Origin: Alloascoidea hylecoeti
Lineage: Eukaryota
Assembly (NCBI GenBank): GCA_001600815.1
Contig: BCKZ01000007.1
Coordinates: forward strand, 434,001 to 498,000
Reading direction: 5' to 3'
DNA: 64,000 nucleotides
In this document: positions 12,401 through 24,062 of the stretch, piece after piece
How the letters are laid out: each line of letters begins with the position of its first letter
Numbering within the stretch: the first letter of the stretch is position 1
Notes under the pieces: generated by a model
Seen by the model: the letters and a program-made list of their open reading frames with translations, nothing else
Databases searched by the model: none
What the model was told of the DNA's origin: nothing
Position numbers and translations under genes: made by a program

Positions 12401-15400
12401 AGATTTTATTTGGAATCCCTTCCAAACAGAGTAAATGTGGCAAAAAAAGCAAAAAAAGCAAAAAATATTTCTATTCACCAACTCCTTTTATTCGGTTTAC
12501 TCAATTTTATATAAAGGATTATTTTAATTTTTAGAAATAAATATATCTTATAAGTTATACCTATATTTCCACCAATAGTAGTATGTATAATATATTAAAA
12601 TTAAATTATTATATCATATAGATAAGATGGTATAAGTAAATTTATTATTGACAGCTGCAAATGTAATGAGTTTTATAAGATCTACTAAAGTTAACGAATT
12701 TAAATTTCACAGAATTTTCATTTACGACAACAATATTGAGAATTTTATCAAAACCTTGACTTATATTTGTTATATAGAAAATTTTAAAAGGTTTGAAACA
12801 TCATGAATAAATAATAGTATAAAGAATATTTTCGTTTGTTAAACTTTCAATTGGAATAAGTGTTTAAAATTAACTATCTAATGTTTTCCAAGAGTTATCT
12901 TTCATGTAAACTATTTAAAAGCTACTTTTCATGTACCTTTTTGAGTTGCCACTGCCATATATAACGATGGCTATACTATCTTTTCTTATTTACATATGAA
13001 GATGAAGATAATTCTACTGCGATATAGACATACCTGAGCAGTTAATTATAGGCGCCAGCTATGAAAATGTGAAAAATGGTAATTAGAATGTGGCTAATTT
13101 ACACGAATATATATATTGATTAAACTATAATTAAATAGGTTATCGGATATAGACTACAACAATTCCAAAGTTATCGCTTGAATATTCAGCCCTCCTCCGA
13201 CGTGGACAAAATCAAGTGGAATGATGGTTAACTGTAACATAAATATAATTGATATTGAAAGCGAGCTTTTTATTATGAATAATATTTATATTAACAGCCG
13301 TCGCAAGTGAAATTAAAAGAACATTCTATGAATTAATTATATTATAAACAATTATTCATATATATTTTTAAAGGCTTTTTATTTCTCTAATTCCACCAAT
13401 GGTAATGGTTATAATGAAAATGCGTATACGATCGCGATTAAGATTATATCAATCCAACAGTATATTTTAGCTTGCATAATAAGCATAAATTTAAACATGT
13501 AGGTTTCGAGAATAAACTTTCCAAATGATAAAAAGGGCAGATATATCGATTTCCGCCCTATTTATATACCATATAATTATAATCATGAATACTAAGAGGC
13601 CGATGGTGTTTTCTTAAGATTCTTTAAAATTCTATTAAAGCCCCGAGTAATTAATGGAAATCGTTTCCAGTGGGCGGGATTATTTAGTCTCTACTCTACT
13701 TGAAACAAAAATATACCCATCGCAAAATTAAGATTTATATATGTTTCAATGGTGATTACTGTATCAGTATTGATATTATATCAACCTTAACGTGATGATC
13801 GGTTAGGAATATATCCTCTGGCCCGATATTAAAATGATACGAGAAAATTTTAACGTCCAAACCCATGATTTTTTTGCACCATGCATATTATAAAAAATGT
13901 CCTGTTTATTGGGATCCATATATTTCAAATTCTCAAATTCTCAATTTTACTACATAACGGTGGCATAAGATTATTAATCTTAATTCTAAAATTTATGTCG
14001 GAACCCGTTTTTTGTCATTTATAGATTGATATCGCGGTTGAAGTTGAAAGAAAATTCTATTAACTAATTATAGACCTATAAACTTATCAATATATGCAGA
14101 TGCACATTATTAACATTACAATACACAAATGCCAATTTTACAATAATGCTGATTAATTTTTACAACGGTTCACCATAAATAGCAGTATATCCACCAATAG
14201 GGAATAAGATTTGCAGGTGTTAGTTGGATATTCTTTTACTAATATTGAACATTAACTTAAATTCAACAAAAACGCATGTCTAGCTAGATCTATTTGAAAA
14301 TTAATCTGCTATGCATATCTGAATTGGATTTCTAATCATCTTATAAATATTTATCGATAAAACCCAAATCATTTATAATTACTAATGATAAAACCTGGGT
14401 TTGCGTTAGCTTATAATTATGAAATGATATTAATCTTCGATTAATAAGATAATCGAGTGAGTGAGAGCAATTGAAATTAATAAAAACCGAAGTGCGAACG
14501 TCGGTTTATAAATCATCATGAATTTATAATATGTTAATTAATACTTTTCAGGCCCAGGTTTAAAATTCAAAGAAAATGATCCGAATTTTCGATCCGACTT
14601 CCATGCCTTTAATCCGGGTGACACCTATAAAATGAGTATTGATAATCTATCGCGCTAGATATTATTTTATTTCTAAGTTAAAAATAATTGAAATTCATTC
14701 CTTAATCTATAAATTATCAAAGAAGAAAAGTGGTGTGGAAAATTTCATTTAAAGTTATAATAAAAATCTTCAATCTTATAAATTAACATAATGTAAATAA
14801 TCTCATTATCTATAACATTCTATCATTCTAGACTAACTAACAATTAGTAATTGTTAGCTTGCAATTAAAATAGCGATAAACTCGATAATTCCGTGTGGGG
14901 TAGGGATATAGCTCATTACTAACGATCAAATACCATTAATTATAATTATATGGCAATTGTATCATTATGAATCACATCAATTGTAGAAATTGCGACTTCA
15001 CATGAGTCGAGCATGTAATTGAAAAGAAAAAAAGAAAAAGTGAAGACAAAAAAAGTTAAATATATGCTATCTTTTTTCATTATACAGGTGGATTAATTTG
15101 AAATGGATTCGGATTTATAAGCACACAAAAAGTTGTTGCTCATACTTAGTGACTTCACCGTATACATAAACCGTTGACGCAACATGCTTAAAATAAGATT
15201 CCTGCATCATACGAGCGGTGTGGATTTAATGGATTTAAGAGGTTGAGAATAACTAATATTTGCAGGCAGTTTATGATATTTTGCTGTTAGACATTTAGCA
15301 GCGATCTAATAGATTATGATGGCAAATGAAGGTCATCCCGGTCAGAAATGCGTGGAGTTGGGAACGGATGGACGATAATTCCGGGTGAGGCTGAAGCGAA

Positions 15401-15700
15401 TATTGGAAGGGAGGTGTTGACGGCAAGCCAGGTGAGTCATGCCGAGCTCCAGCAAACAAAACAGAAAAGGCCGGAAGACGCATCTATCCGGCTTGCCTTT
15501 ACTAATTATAAGTTTCCTATGGCAAATTAAAATAATTAAATGTCTGCAGGTGCTGTCTTTTTTAAACTTTTAGAGACACGGCTGGAATTTTATTATATAA
15601 AGATTGAATCTCCCTCTTCTCACATCCTAAAATTTGAAGTTCCACTACCATTTTGAGACCGAAAACACAATACTCCATAAATATTTATACTCAATACACA

Positions 15701-16510
15701 ATGTCATTTACTGAGGCTTATCTACTAGCAGGAAAGGCAAGAACAAAGCTGGCTCGGGCTGCCTCTAAACCAGACCACGACTTGAGAGTTTTGGTGGCTC
15801 ATGCCAATCTGCTTGATAACATACTGGACACTTTGTCCTCGCGGCGCTCAAGTCTAAGATCATCTCAACCACAAACTGTTTCTTTTAATATTCCAGAAGA
15901 ACACCTCCCTAGTTCACAACTATCTGTTACAATTGAAGAAGAAGAGGTTGTTTCTGATTCGGATTCGGATTCGGAATCTGATTCAGACTGTGGTATAGAA
16001 GCTGATGAGGATGATGAATGGGAAGAATTCGACAATGAATCCCCCGAAAATGATAATTCCAATGTAGTTGAATATATTGATGAAGTTTCTTCCACACCAA
16101 ATTACACTTATATTAAAGATGGTGACCTATCAAATGGTTTATTGCCATCATTTACAACTAATAATCTTAAGGGGTCAGAAGATTCTAGAAATTGTAGAAC
16201 TTTACCTGTTATAAATGAAGATGATTTTGAAAATGACCTAGATGATCTAAGTGATGAAGAAGATATTATCATTGATACAATCCATCAGGATGATGATGAT
16301 GATGATGAACATTATACACTCACGGAAGTACCATCTTTAACAGAATCAAACTCTGATAATGATTCTAGTGATGAAGAAGAAGAAGATGATGATGAAGGAG
16401 AAGATAAAGAATATCATTACAAAGATACAAAACGATATATTGGAACACACACTGATTTAAAAACATATTATGAACCACATCAAATACAGAACCCTCTCAT
16501 TGCAGTATAA
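15701..16510 (+). CDS. ECM13/YJR115W-like acidic protein, 269 aa
   Basis: N-terminal YLLAGKARTKLARAASKPDHDLRVLVAHANLLD motif typical of this family, followed by an Asp/Glu/Ser-rich tail; TATATAAA at about 15594. Confidence 0.8.
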   Translation: MSFTEAYLLAGKARTKLARAASKPDHDLRVLVAHANLLDNILDTLSSRRSSLRSSQPQTVSFNIPEEHLPSSQLSVTIEEEEVVSDSDSDSESDSDCGIEADEDDEWEEFDNESPENDNSNVVEYIDEVSSTPNYTYIKDGDLSNGLLPSFTTNNLKGSEDSRNCRTLPVINEDDFENDLDDLSDEEDIIIDTIHQDDDDDDEHYTLTEVPSLTESNSDNDSSDEEEEDDDEGEDKEYHYKDTKRYIGTHTDLKTYYEPHQIQNPLIAV

Positions 16511-17530
16511 GAAATCATATTATTTTTTTTTTCTACTGCTTTTTATTAACTGCATCGCATTCATTAATTTTTGGGGGTTTTCTAATTTATGTTTGCTTAT
16601 TTGGTTTTGTGTAATAGATTATTAATGTTTTCATTTGTATTTAGCTTTAATGATTTTTATGATACAAGTACTGGTATAACGCTAGTACATTGATATATAG
16701 GTGATATAGATTATTAGTATATATTCATATTTTATTCAATTCAAGATTCTACTTGATTTAAAAAAAAAGATGTCATATTAGATTTCAGTATGTGGATCTT
16801 GGATCATTAACGGGCCGTGTTTGTGTTTCCGTTTTAGTGTTGTAATTAATGATTTAAGTTAAGTTTGGTTTTGTATTGTAATCAAAGTTCGTCATTAATA
16901 ATCATATTTTAAAAAAGTCGGTTATAAAGGAGATGGATACCGGATTAGTCAGTTCACAATCCCTATTATTAAGCTAATAAGCTTTTTTGAAGTTTACATT
17001 TTCTTGCGATAACTCCACCTGCATATTTCAAGTTAAACTAGGATAATTAATTATAATATAATCAGAATATGGTACTTAATTGAAACACACATAAACAATA
17101 TTCTCTAACAATTTTCTTAATTATTAATAATTATAACAATAGACAATCTTTTTTTTTTATATTTTAAAATTCATTCACAAGACATATCAGTTAAGTTCAA
17201 GATCTAAATTTATGTTCGTTTATTACAATTGATTATTATTAATCTTCATGATTACGAAGTTGCTTATTGAATTTTGTTAATTATGGGAATGTTTGTTGAA
17301 TAAAGAATATTTAATATTCGCCAGCCGCATGATAATCATCAACTATTAATTACTTGAAAATAATAAATTGTTAGTGCGGAAATATCTTTGTTGGGAAAGA
17401 CACAAGCTAAGCTACGTTTAAAATCATATAGCCATGGTATCATTGGTAATTTGGTGTGGTGGGCCTTGGTGGCAAACCCACGATACGAACGTGAAATGAA
17501 CGTGCTTGAAGCCCTGAACTGTGTTTTATT

Positions 17531-17810
17531 AAATTATCCTGGAATGTTAGAAAGTTTTACTCATAATTTAGTATCAACTAATCATTAATATTAAATTACA
17601 CATGGAGAAATATTTGGCCTCTAATTAATATAGTATCGACTAATCATAAATAGAAGAAGTGTTTAAGGATTATAAATATCTTGGAGTGTAAGACAGTTTA
17701 CTCATAAATATATATCAACTAATCATTAATATCAATCATGATCAGACTATATGAATAGAGATATATTTCTACTCTTAATATATTAGTATCAACTAATCAT
17801 AAATAGGGAA
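17531..17810. repeat. Degenerate ~140-bp tandem duplication carrying four TATCAACTAATCAT-type motifs
   Basis: Units ~17531-17658 and ~17674-17810; motif copies at 17569, 17631, 17713 and 17784. Confidence 0.75.
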
Positions 17811-18484
17811 ATTTTTCATGAGCAAAAAAGAAATATGTATTTACTTCACTTGATAAATATTAATTTATGACTCAAATATTTCACTATTTATAAATCCAAT
17901 ATTTCAATTATTATACGTCGTCAATATCTCAAAATCTGTTCGCATAACCTTTAAATTTAATCTTAACACGCTATTGTTCGGAAACCTAGTTTCAACCTTG
18001 ATTGAAAATGCTTTATATCTTCAAAAGGCAACCGATTTCCCAGCATTAATATTATCGATACGAATTTTAAATCGAAACCGTCCGATTCTACATTATATCC
18101 GCTGTTATCAATTATAATCTTTTATCAATTATAATATAAAAGACCCAACCAATGGATAGATCTAGATTCTAGATATCATCCTAACAGGACCTCCTAACTC
18201 TATGTTATTTCAGGATTTGCAAGGCTAGAGTGTTGGATCAACGTGAAAAGTTTAATACCCAAACTTAATATTTAAATTAGGAACTCTTATGATCTAGAAT
18301 AATTACATATTGAAAGAAAAGTTTAATAGTTTTAATTTTTTATGACTTCACTTCACTTTATAAAATCAGAATGATTTAGAAAGTTTAACCAATATTGTTA
18401 ATTTAAGAAAGGGGTAATCACAATACCTACATTTGGCAGACGTTATATGATTAATAATGATATATTATTATGAGAAGCATCCAG

Positions 18485-18530
18485 ATTGAGAATATTGGGG
18501 GCTTAGGGGGGCAGCTCTCAAGTTCTCAAT
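18485..18530. repeat. Small G-rich imperfect palindrome
   Basis: ATTGAGAA..TTGGGGGCT-TAGGGGGGC-AGCTCTCAA.TTCTCAAT; the arms are inverted repeats. Confidence 0.55.
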
Positions 18531-20207
18531 TCAGTGTAACAGTTGTAGAAAAATATAATGCGGCTGAAAATGATTATAAGTTTATAGCCAAATTGATTAT
18601 AGGCATAAATTATCAATTGCTAATACATATCTAAGCTTTTGATCATATAATTAAAAATAATAATTCTTGTAATAATTAATGAATTGTCATTGTTATATAT
18701 AATTAATATTAAGCCTTCTACTCATTTGAAAATTTCAAGACCAAGGCCTTTGTTTTTCAGTACAGTATTATGCGCAAGGGTTTAATTGAGGCTGTGTATG
18801 TGACGAATATGTTCATTGTCGTTAGAAAAAGAGCAAATATGCCAAGAAAAAAAGTGAAACTTTTGAAAATGATGATATAATATGATATATATAACGATCG
18901 TGGCAAAGAAATTGAAAGAATGGAGGCATTGCTATATTTAAAATTATAAATTTTGTTTTTAATAATAACCTCGATCGAGCTCAGCTTACATGTTGGTAAT
19001 TATTTCCTATAATAGGGCAATATTTATTATTACTATTTTTCTATTGAACCCAGGTAAGGAATTCGTTTTTAATTGGCAAAATTATATAGTATATACTTAT
19101 ATAGATAATATATAATAGAAACATGAAAAAAAGTATGTGTTGAATTGTGTTCATTGTGTTGAAAAATGATTATTAGGAATTGAAATCATGGCAGCCTAAT
19201 GTTGCACCGGGTCAAGATAAAACGGGCGTTTATATTTCGGGTACCTTAAATATAGACTGGAGTTGTTAACATTACGTTTAGGATGGTGTTGTATTCAGTA
19301 AGACGAATGTTCGGGTGACAGGATCCGAGTCCGAGAAAGTATGTGCACTGCGAAAGTCAGGCCAAGTTTTCGAGTCAAAAAGGTATTTATAATATAGGGA
19401 ATTCTCTATAAGTGTTATGGTATGGAGTGAAATTTGGAAAAATGGTTGGGAGTACCCATACGCCATGACTCAAGTTTATAAAGAGTGGCAGTCGTTAATG
19501 ACATTAGGAGTGTTAATACTAAATACTAAATACGAAACATAAGACCATTTTACATTGATTAGTAAAATTTCCAGAACATCTTAAGGCCTTGTAGGGTACT
19601 TACTACTCTAATGCCATTTTTATGTGAAGTGAGAGTAAAAAAGTTTAACTTTGACCCAGCTATGATTTACACATCTTCTTTAAATTTAATGGCTTTTTTT
19701 AATTTTACTTATAATCTCCAATTAAAACTTCTAAATAATTTAAGCCTTCTTATTAGAAACTATTAAATTACCGAAATCACTCATAGAGTACAAAACCTCT
19801 TCTTCTTCTTCTTCTTAACTTCTTTTTGACTGTCTCTTCTCCTTTTCTTGTGCGAGTGGTTTTTTTTTTTACTTTTCATATATTTTCCAATTAAATTATA
19901 TAACTAGAAACTAAATAAATTCTGAGGAAATCTCTACTATATATAGTGAAATAAAAACCTCTTTTTCTATCCTTCTTATTCTTGTGTATTATTGTCACTC
20001 TTCTTTCTTCTCTTATGAGCCTAGACCACCTTAAAAGTAATTTTTTTTAATTTTTCAAGTTTTTAGATATTAGAATCCCCCAATCAATCTGATTTAATAT
20101 TTGTGGTGGTGTTCCTGCAAATCTAATATTTTTTCTTAGCTCCTCCTTTTTATATTTTTATGATGGATCTGGAGTTGTCACAATCTTTTTCACAAATATA
20201 TATGTTT

Positions 20208-20279
20208 TCGGCAATAGTTTAGTGGCTAGAATTTCCGCCTGTCACGCGGGGGACCGGGGTTCAATTCCCCGTTGCCGAG
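20208..20279 (+). tRNA. tRNA-Asp(GTC), intronless
   Basis: Acceptor TCGGCAA/TTGCCGA plus G discriminator; A box TAGTTTAGTGG; anticodon arm TCCGC-CTGTCAC-GCGGG; T arm CGGGG-TTCAATT-CCCCG; T-rich terminator follows. Confidence 0.97.
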
Positions 20280-20683
20280 TTTCTTTTTCTGATTCCGCAG
20301 AACCATATATTTTTTAAAAAAATGGGTCGTTTTTTTGTTCTGAATCACTTAGGTGCTATGGACAAAAAAAGAAAAAGAAGAAAGATGTATAAATATTACA
20401 TCCTTTATTCGTATTGATTGAGTAAGAAGTTGGAAATGGTGGCAATAATACTATAAAATGTAACAACATTACTCAAAAAAGAGTGAATTTATAACATTAG
20501 TAATAGGTATTTTTGCCTAGCAATAGGTCTTTTTATTTTCACATTTTTTGGTTGTTATAAATATAGTATTTATAGATAAAGCAGTTTAATATAGAGCCTT
20601 AATGGCCACTTGAAAAAAAAATAAAAAATAATGTAACACTAGAAGCAAAAAATATTGCAAACATTACCAGTCCCCAAGGTATT

Positions 20684-21488
20684 ATGAATATTACTGGTTC
20701 TATCCTCTATGTGGATATAACACAAGTAGATAGTGGTGAAGGCGAGATTACAATTAAGTCAAAAAATCCTACACCAAATCAAATAAGATGGGAAAAATAC
20801 TTACAATCGTATCTCGAAATAACAAAGACAAAAATATTACATAAAATCATTACTTTCATATCCCATCACTTGATGAATATACAGCTTCTGAGGTGGTATC
20901 CAAATCTTCTCCTTTAGAATGTATTAATAATGTTACAACTCATGATGATAAACCAATAGAAATCGAAGCGTTCAGAAGAGCGGCATCAATATACTATCAG
21001 CAAATGGATGATCAACCGATCATTCCTAATTGGCCAACTAGACAAATCAAAGAACGCAGCACACAGGACTGGAATAAATGGTGGCTGCTCGTACACAGGA
21101 TCAATAGGAAAGAACCAGGGTCGGTAGATTTTATTCATAGACTAAATCTTCGACACTACACACATCACTGACTGGAGTCTTACCTCAAGTGATCATAAAA
21201 GTGGTAATATGAATAAGTGTATTCTTTACCTACAACCAATGATCGAAACAGAAGATCATGTTTTCAATTTTCTTACACTTCTTAGGTAAAGATATAAGTT
21301 TGGATGACTTGATATGCCCAACGTACAAAGATACTAAAATAATTCATAATCTAAGCCTAACTTCAGAGATTTTATGGCAGATGCGAGTAAACAGAAGATT
21401 TAACTCATGTGATCTCAAAATAGACTCAGATGCTATTGTTCATTTAGCAAATATTAAACGACGAAAATTGATTCTTAGATATAAATAA
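20684..21488 (+). mobile_element. Decayed 3' part of an L1-clade non-LTR retrotransposon ORF2 (zf-RVT region)
   Basis: Frameshifted fragments WPTRQ..DWNKWWLLVH..DFIHRL; NKCILYLQPMIETEDHVF (21212-21265), a damaged CxxC..ETxxHxF zinc motif; then ILWQMRVNRRFN, matching the LWxxRNxxxF C-terminal motif. Confidence 0.75.
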
Positions 21489-21708
21489 ATACAATAGAGC
21501 CTTTGACTATCCAATTGAAGCGAAAACTTCAAGGTATTACAATAATATCTCATACAGTTGCAGATCACAAATAGTTTCTCTACAAAGATATCTTTAGTTA
21601 CATTATTTCCAAAACATCTCCTAGATGATATCTTAATATTAATACACCTATATAAGACTAAATCTATAGCTAGCTAGAGGTAAAATTGTTGTGGTACATG
21701 AATATCAC

Positions 21709-22203
21709 TCAGTAGTGGAGGCACCAATTTTCAGAGTTTGTACCTGTACGTACATTTTCATTGTAAGGTTGCTCTTTTTTAAACTTTAATTTGAACAAGT
21801 TTTGGTTCTCTTCTGTTCCAAAAATTAAACCAAATTTTACTGACAAAAGTTCTTTATGATTTTCTAGATAATAAGTTCTCTTAATGTCGTCAGTTCTGGT
21901 AATCGTGTATCTTTGATACAGATAATCTTCATTCAGAGTTAAAGAGTCAGGTAATTTAAAATAATCAGAAGAAGAGTCTTTTAATTTATATTCTAGCTGA
22001 ATTACATGAACATGAGTTTTAACTGAAATCGAAGCTGAACGTAGATATATTTCAAGATAACTTTCTCTTTGAAAATTAATTGGGTGGACACCACGGAAAA
22101 TTTTTACCCCACAAACTATGGGATTCGACCATTTTTGTGATAGTTTTGGATCATTTTGAATCAATACTTTTGCTCTCATTTTTGATAATATCTTTTTTTT
22201 CAA
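21709..22203 (-). pseudogene. Unassigned 164-codon open frame, probably the remnant of a longer gene
   Basis: Long stop-free frame in very AT-rich DNA; upstream coding-like sequence from an ATG near 22333 is broken by TGA and a frameshift; no recognised motif. Confidence 0.3.
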
Positions 22204-23999
22204 TGGTGGTTTTGTATCGCCGTTGGTTGCTTCGAATTTTTTTACAACTCACAATTGATTTAAAAACATCTGTAATTGACTTTCAAACTTCCTCTAGTAC
22301 TGTAATTATGTTGTGGTGAAGTTTTTCCGGCATCCGGCCTTCTTATCTTGATCAATTACTGAAATCAAATAAGCTTTTTCTATAGCTATATGATATATTT
22401 ATTATAGTAGTGATTACTTGCAATAATTATAATGTTAAGAAAAAGAGCTTGAAAAAGATACCTTTTTTTAACGTTATAATAATAAATAACATAAGGTAAG
22501 AAACCGTTTTGAACTTTAAAGTCAAATAATACTACATAATTATTATAGTTTAGAGTAATTACATGTAAAATAGCAATCTCGAATTTATCCGATATCTCAA
22601 TTCATCAATTGTATGTTTTTTAATACATTTTTAGTAAGTAGTTACACTATATTTCGAAGGTTAGACCTAGCCCTGATCTAAAAAAGAGAGCAGTCAGCGG
22701 TTTCTCGTACGAGCAAAAATTTTGTGGTTTCTTGATCTTAACATGTTGTTTAGCATGGGTCATTATGATCTACAACAAGTCTTGTCTATGCTAGTATCTT
22801 TTCCATCGACGTTGCTTCAGGCCTGAAGCTGGAATACTGGTTATGTCAATTTCATAATTAGACAATTTCAATAAGTTTGAATGACTTTTTCTAGGTAGAA
22901 GATACAATTACAAGCTTCTATATATGTGTCTATGCGTAGCTAGTAAAAGTTCAGGATGTATACTTATAATCAAGTTTACCATTGATGAGCCTAAGGTTTC
23001 AATTATACAATTATAAATTGTAATTAGACAAATATATGGTACTACATTATTTACTTGTAGATCTTTAACCTTATAAGTTATATGTATGAAAGCTTTTACG
23101 AAATACCATTGAAGAAATGAAACAACTAAGAGAGTTCCCTTTTTGTTTTGCATTCCGACAATATTAATAAAAGTAAGATATAAGTGTTGAGATGGCAAAT
23201 CTTAACGAGTGACCTTTCGGGGTAGTGACAAAGCACATGACTTGATTTTAATCTCCAACTATAAGATCAATTAACATATAATTATTAAGGTTATATGGTC
23301 ACGCTCCTACATTTACATTAACAGTTGAAATGAAAAGTTTAAAGAAAGAAAAAAATAAAATCAAATTGACAAGGTTGAAGAATACGGGGTAGAAAACAAA
23401 ACTGTTGATAATATGGCGCTATAGCTATATATGATACTACTCCATAATCTTAATACATCATAGTATTTTTATCAGGAAATAGTCCATAAAACTAATATAA
23501 AAACTTATATAGCTATACTATATTATTGATGATATATAAAGTGAGTATGACATATCACGAAGATCGATCGCATCGAGGACCCTGCATAGACATACATTAT
23601 TGGATCTACAATCAAAAAATTATAATATTCTTAATTTATACCCAAGTTTAACATTCAAACTTGTCAAAACTACTAATTTAGAATTGTTTTGAAAGCATGC
23701 AACAAACTAAACTCTAAGATGTTATGATGTTTTTCCCACAAGCTAAAGAAATTGATATAGAGATTTGGTTTATCAGAATTCAAACCTAAAAATTTGACAT
23801 TTTGAAGTCTCACTTTATATAACTTGTTATCACAGACACAACCATAGGAGTATTTACAATCAAATTGATTACTGAATAATTATAACTAGCCAAAATATAA
23901 ATCAACAGGTTTTAAGTTTAAAACTAATGTGGGGAACCTGGGGAATTAAACAATATTGATGTTGATAAATCGGCCATCGGTCACCTGATAAGTGATGGA

Positions 24000-24007
24000 C
24001 CGGGTAA
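24000..24007. promoter_or_regulatory. Reb1-type site CCGGGTAA upstream of WDR48/DUF1
   Basis: Exact consensus about 55 bp before ATG 24063. Confidence 0.45.
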
Positions 24008-24062
24008 CAGTCAACAAGAAGGCTCACCTGTTTCTTGAAACTTTCTTGTCAAAGATTAAGCG

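Noticed and set aside
17569..17800. CRISPR-like repeat-spacer pattern
   Set aside because: Eukaryotic context, no cas genes, repeats too short, and spacers 1 and 3 are homologous to each other (tandem duplication).
19190..19500. GC-richer patch considered as a solo LTR
   Set aside because: No clear TG..CA ends with target duplication and no second copy in the window.
22814..22830. Perfect 16-bp palindrome GCTTCAGGCCTGAAGC and nearby hairpin (possible H/ACA snoRNA)
   Set aside because: No convincing H and ACA boxes at the right spacing; an isolated palindrome alone is weak evidence.
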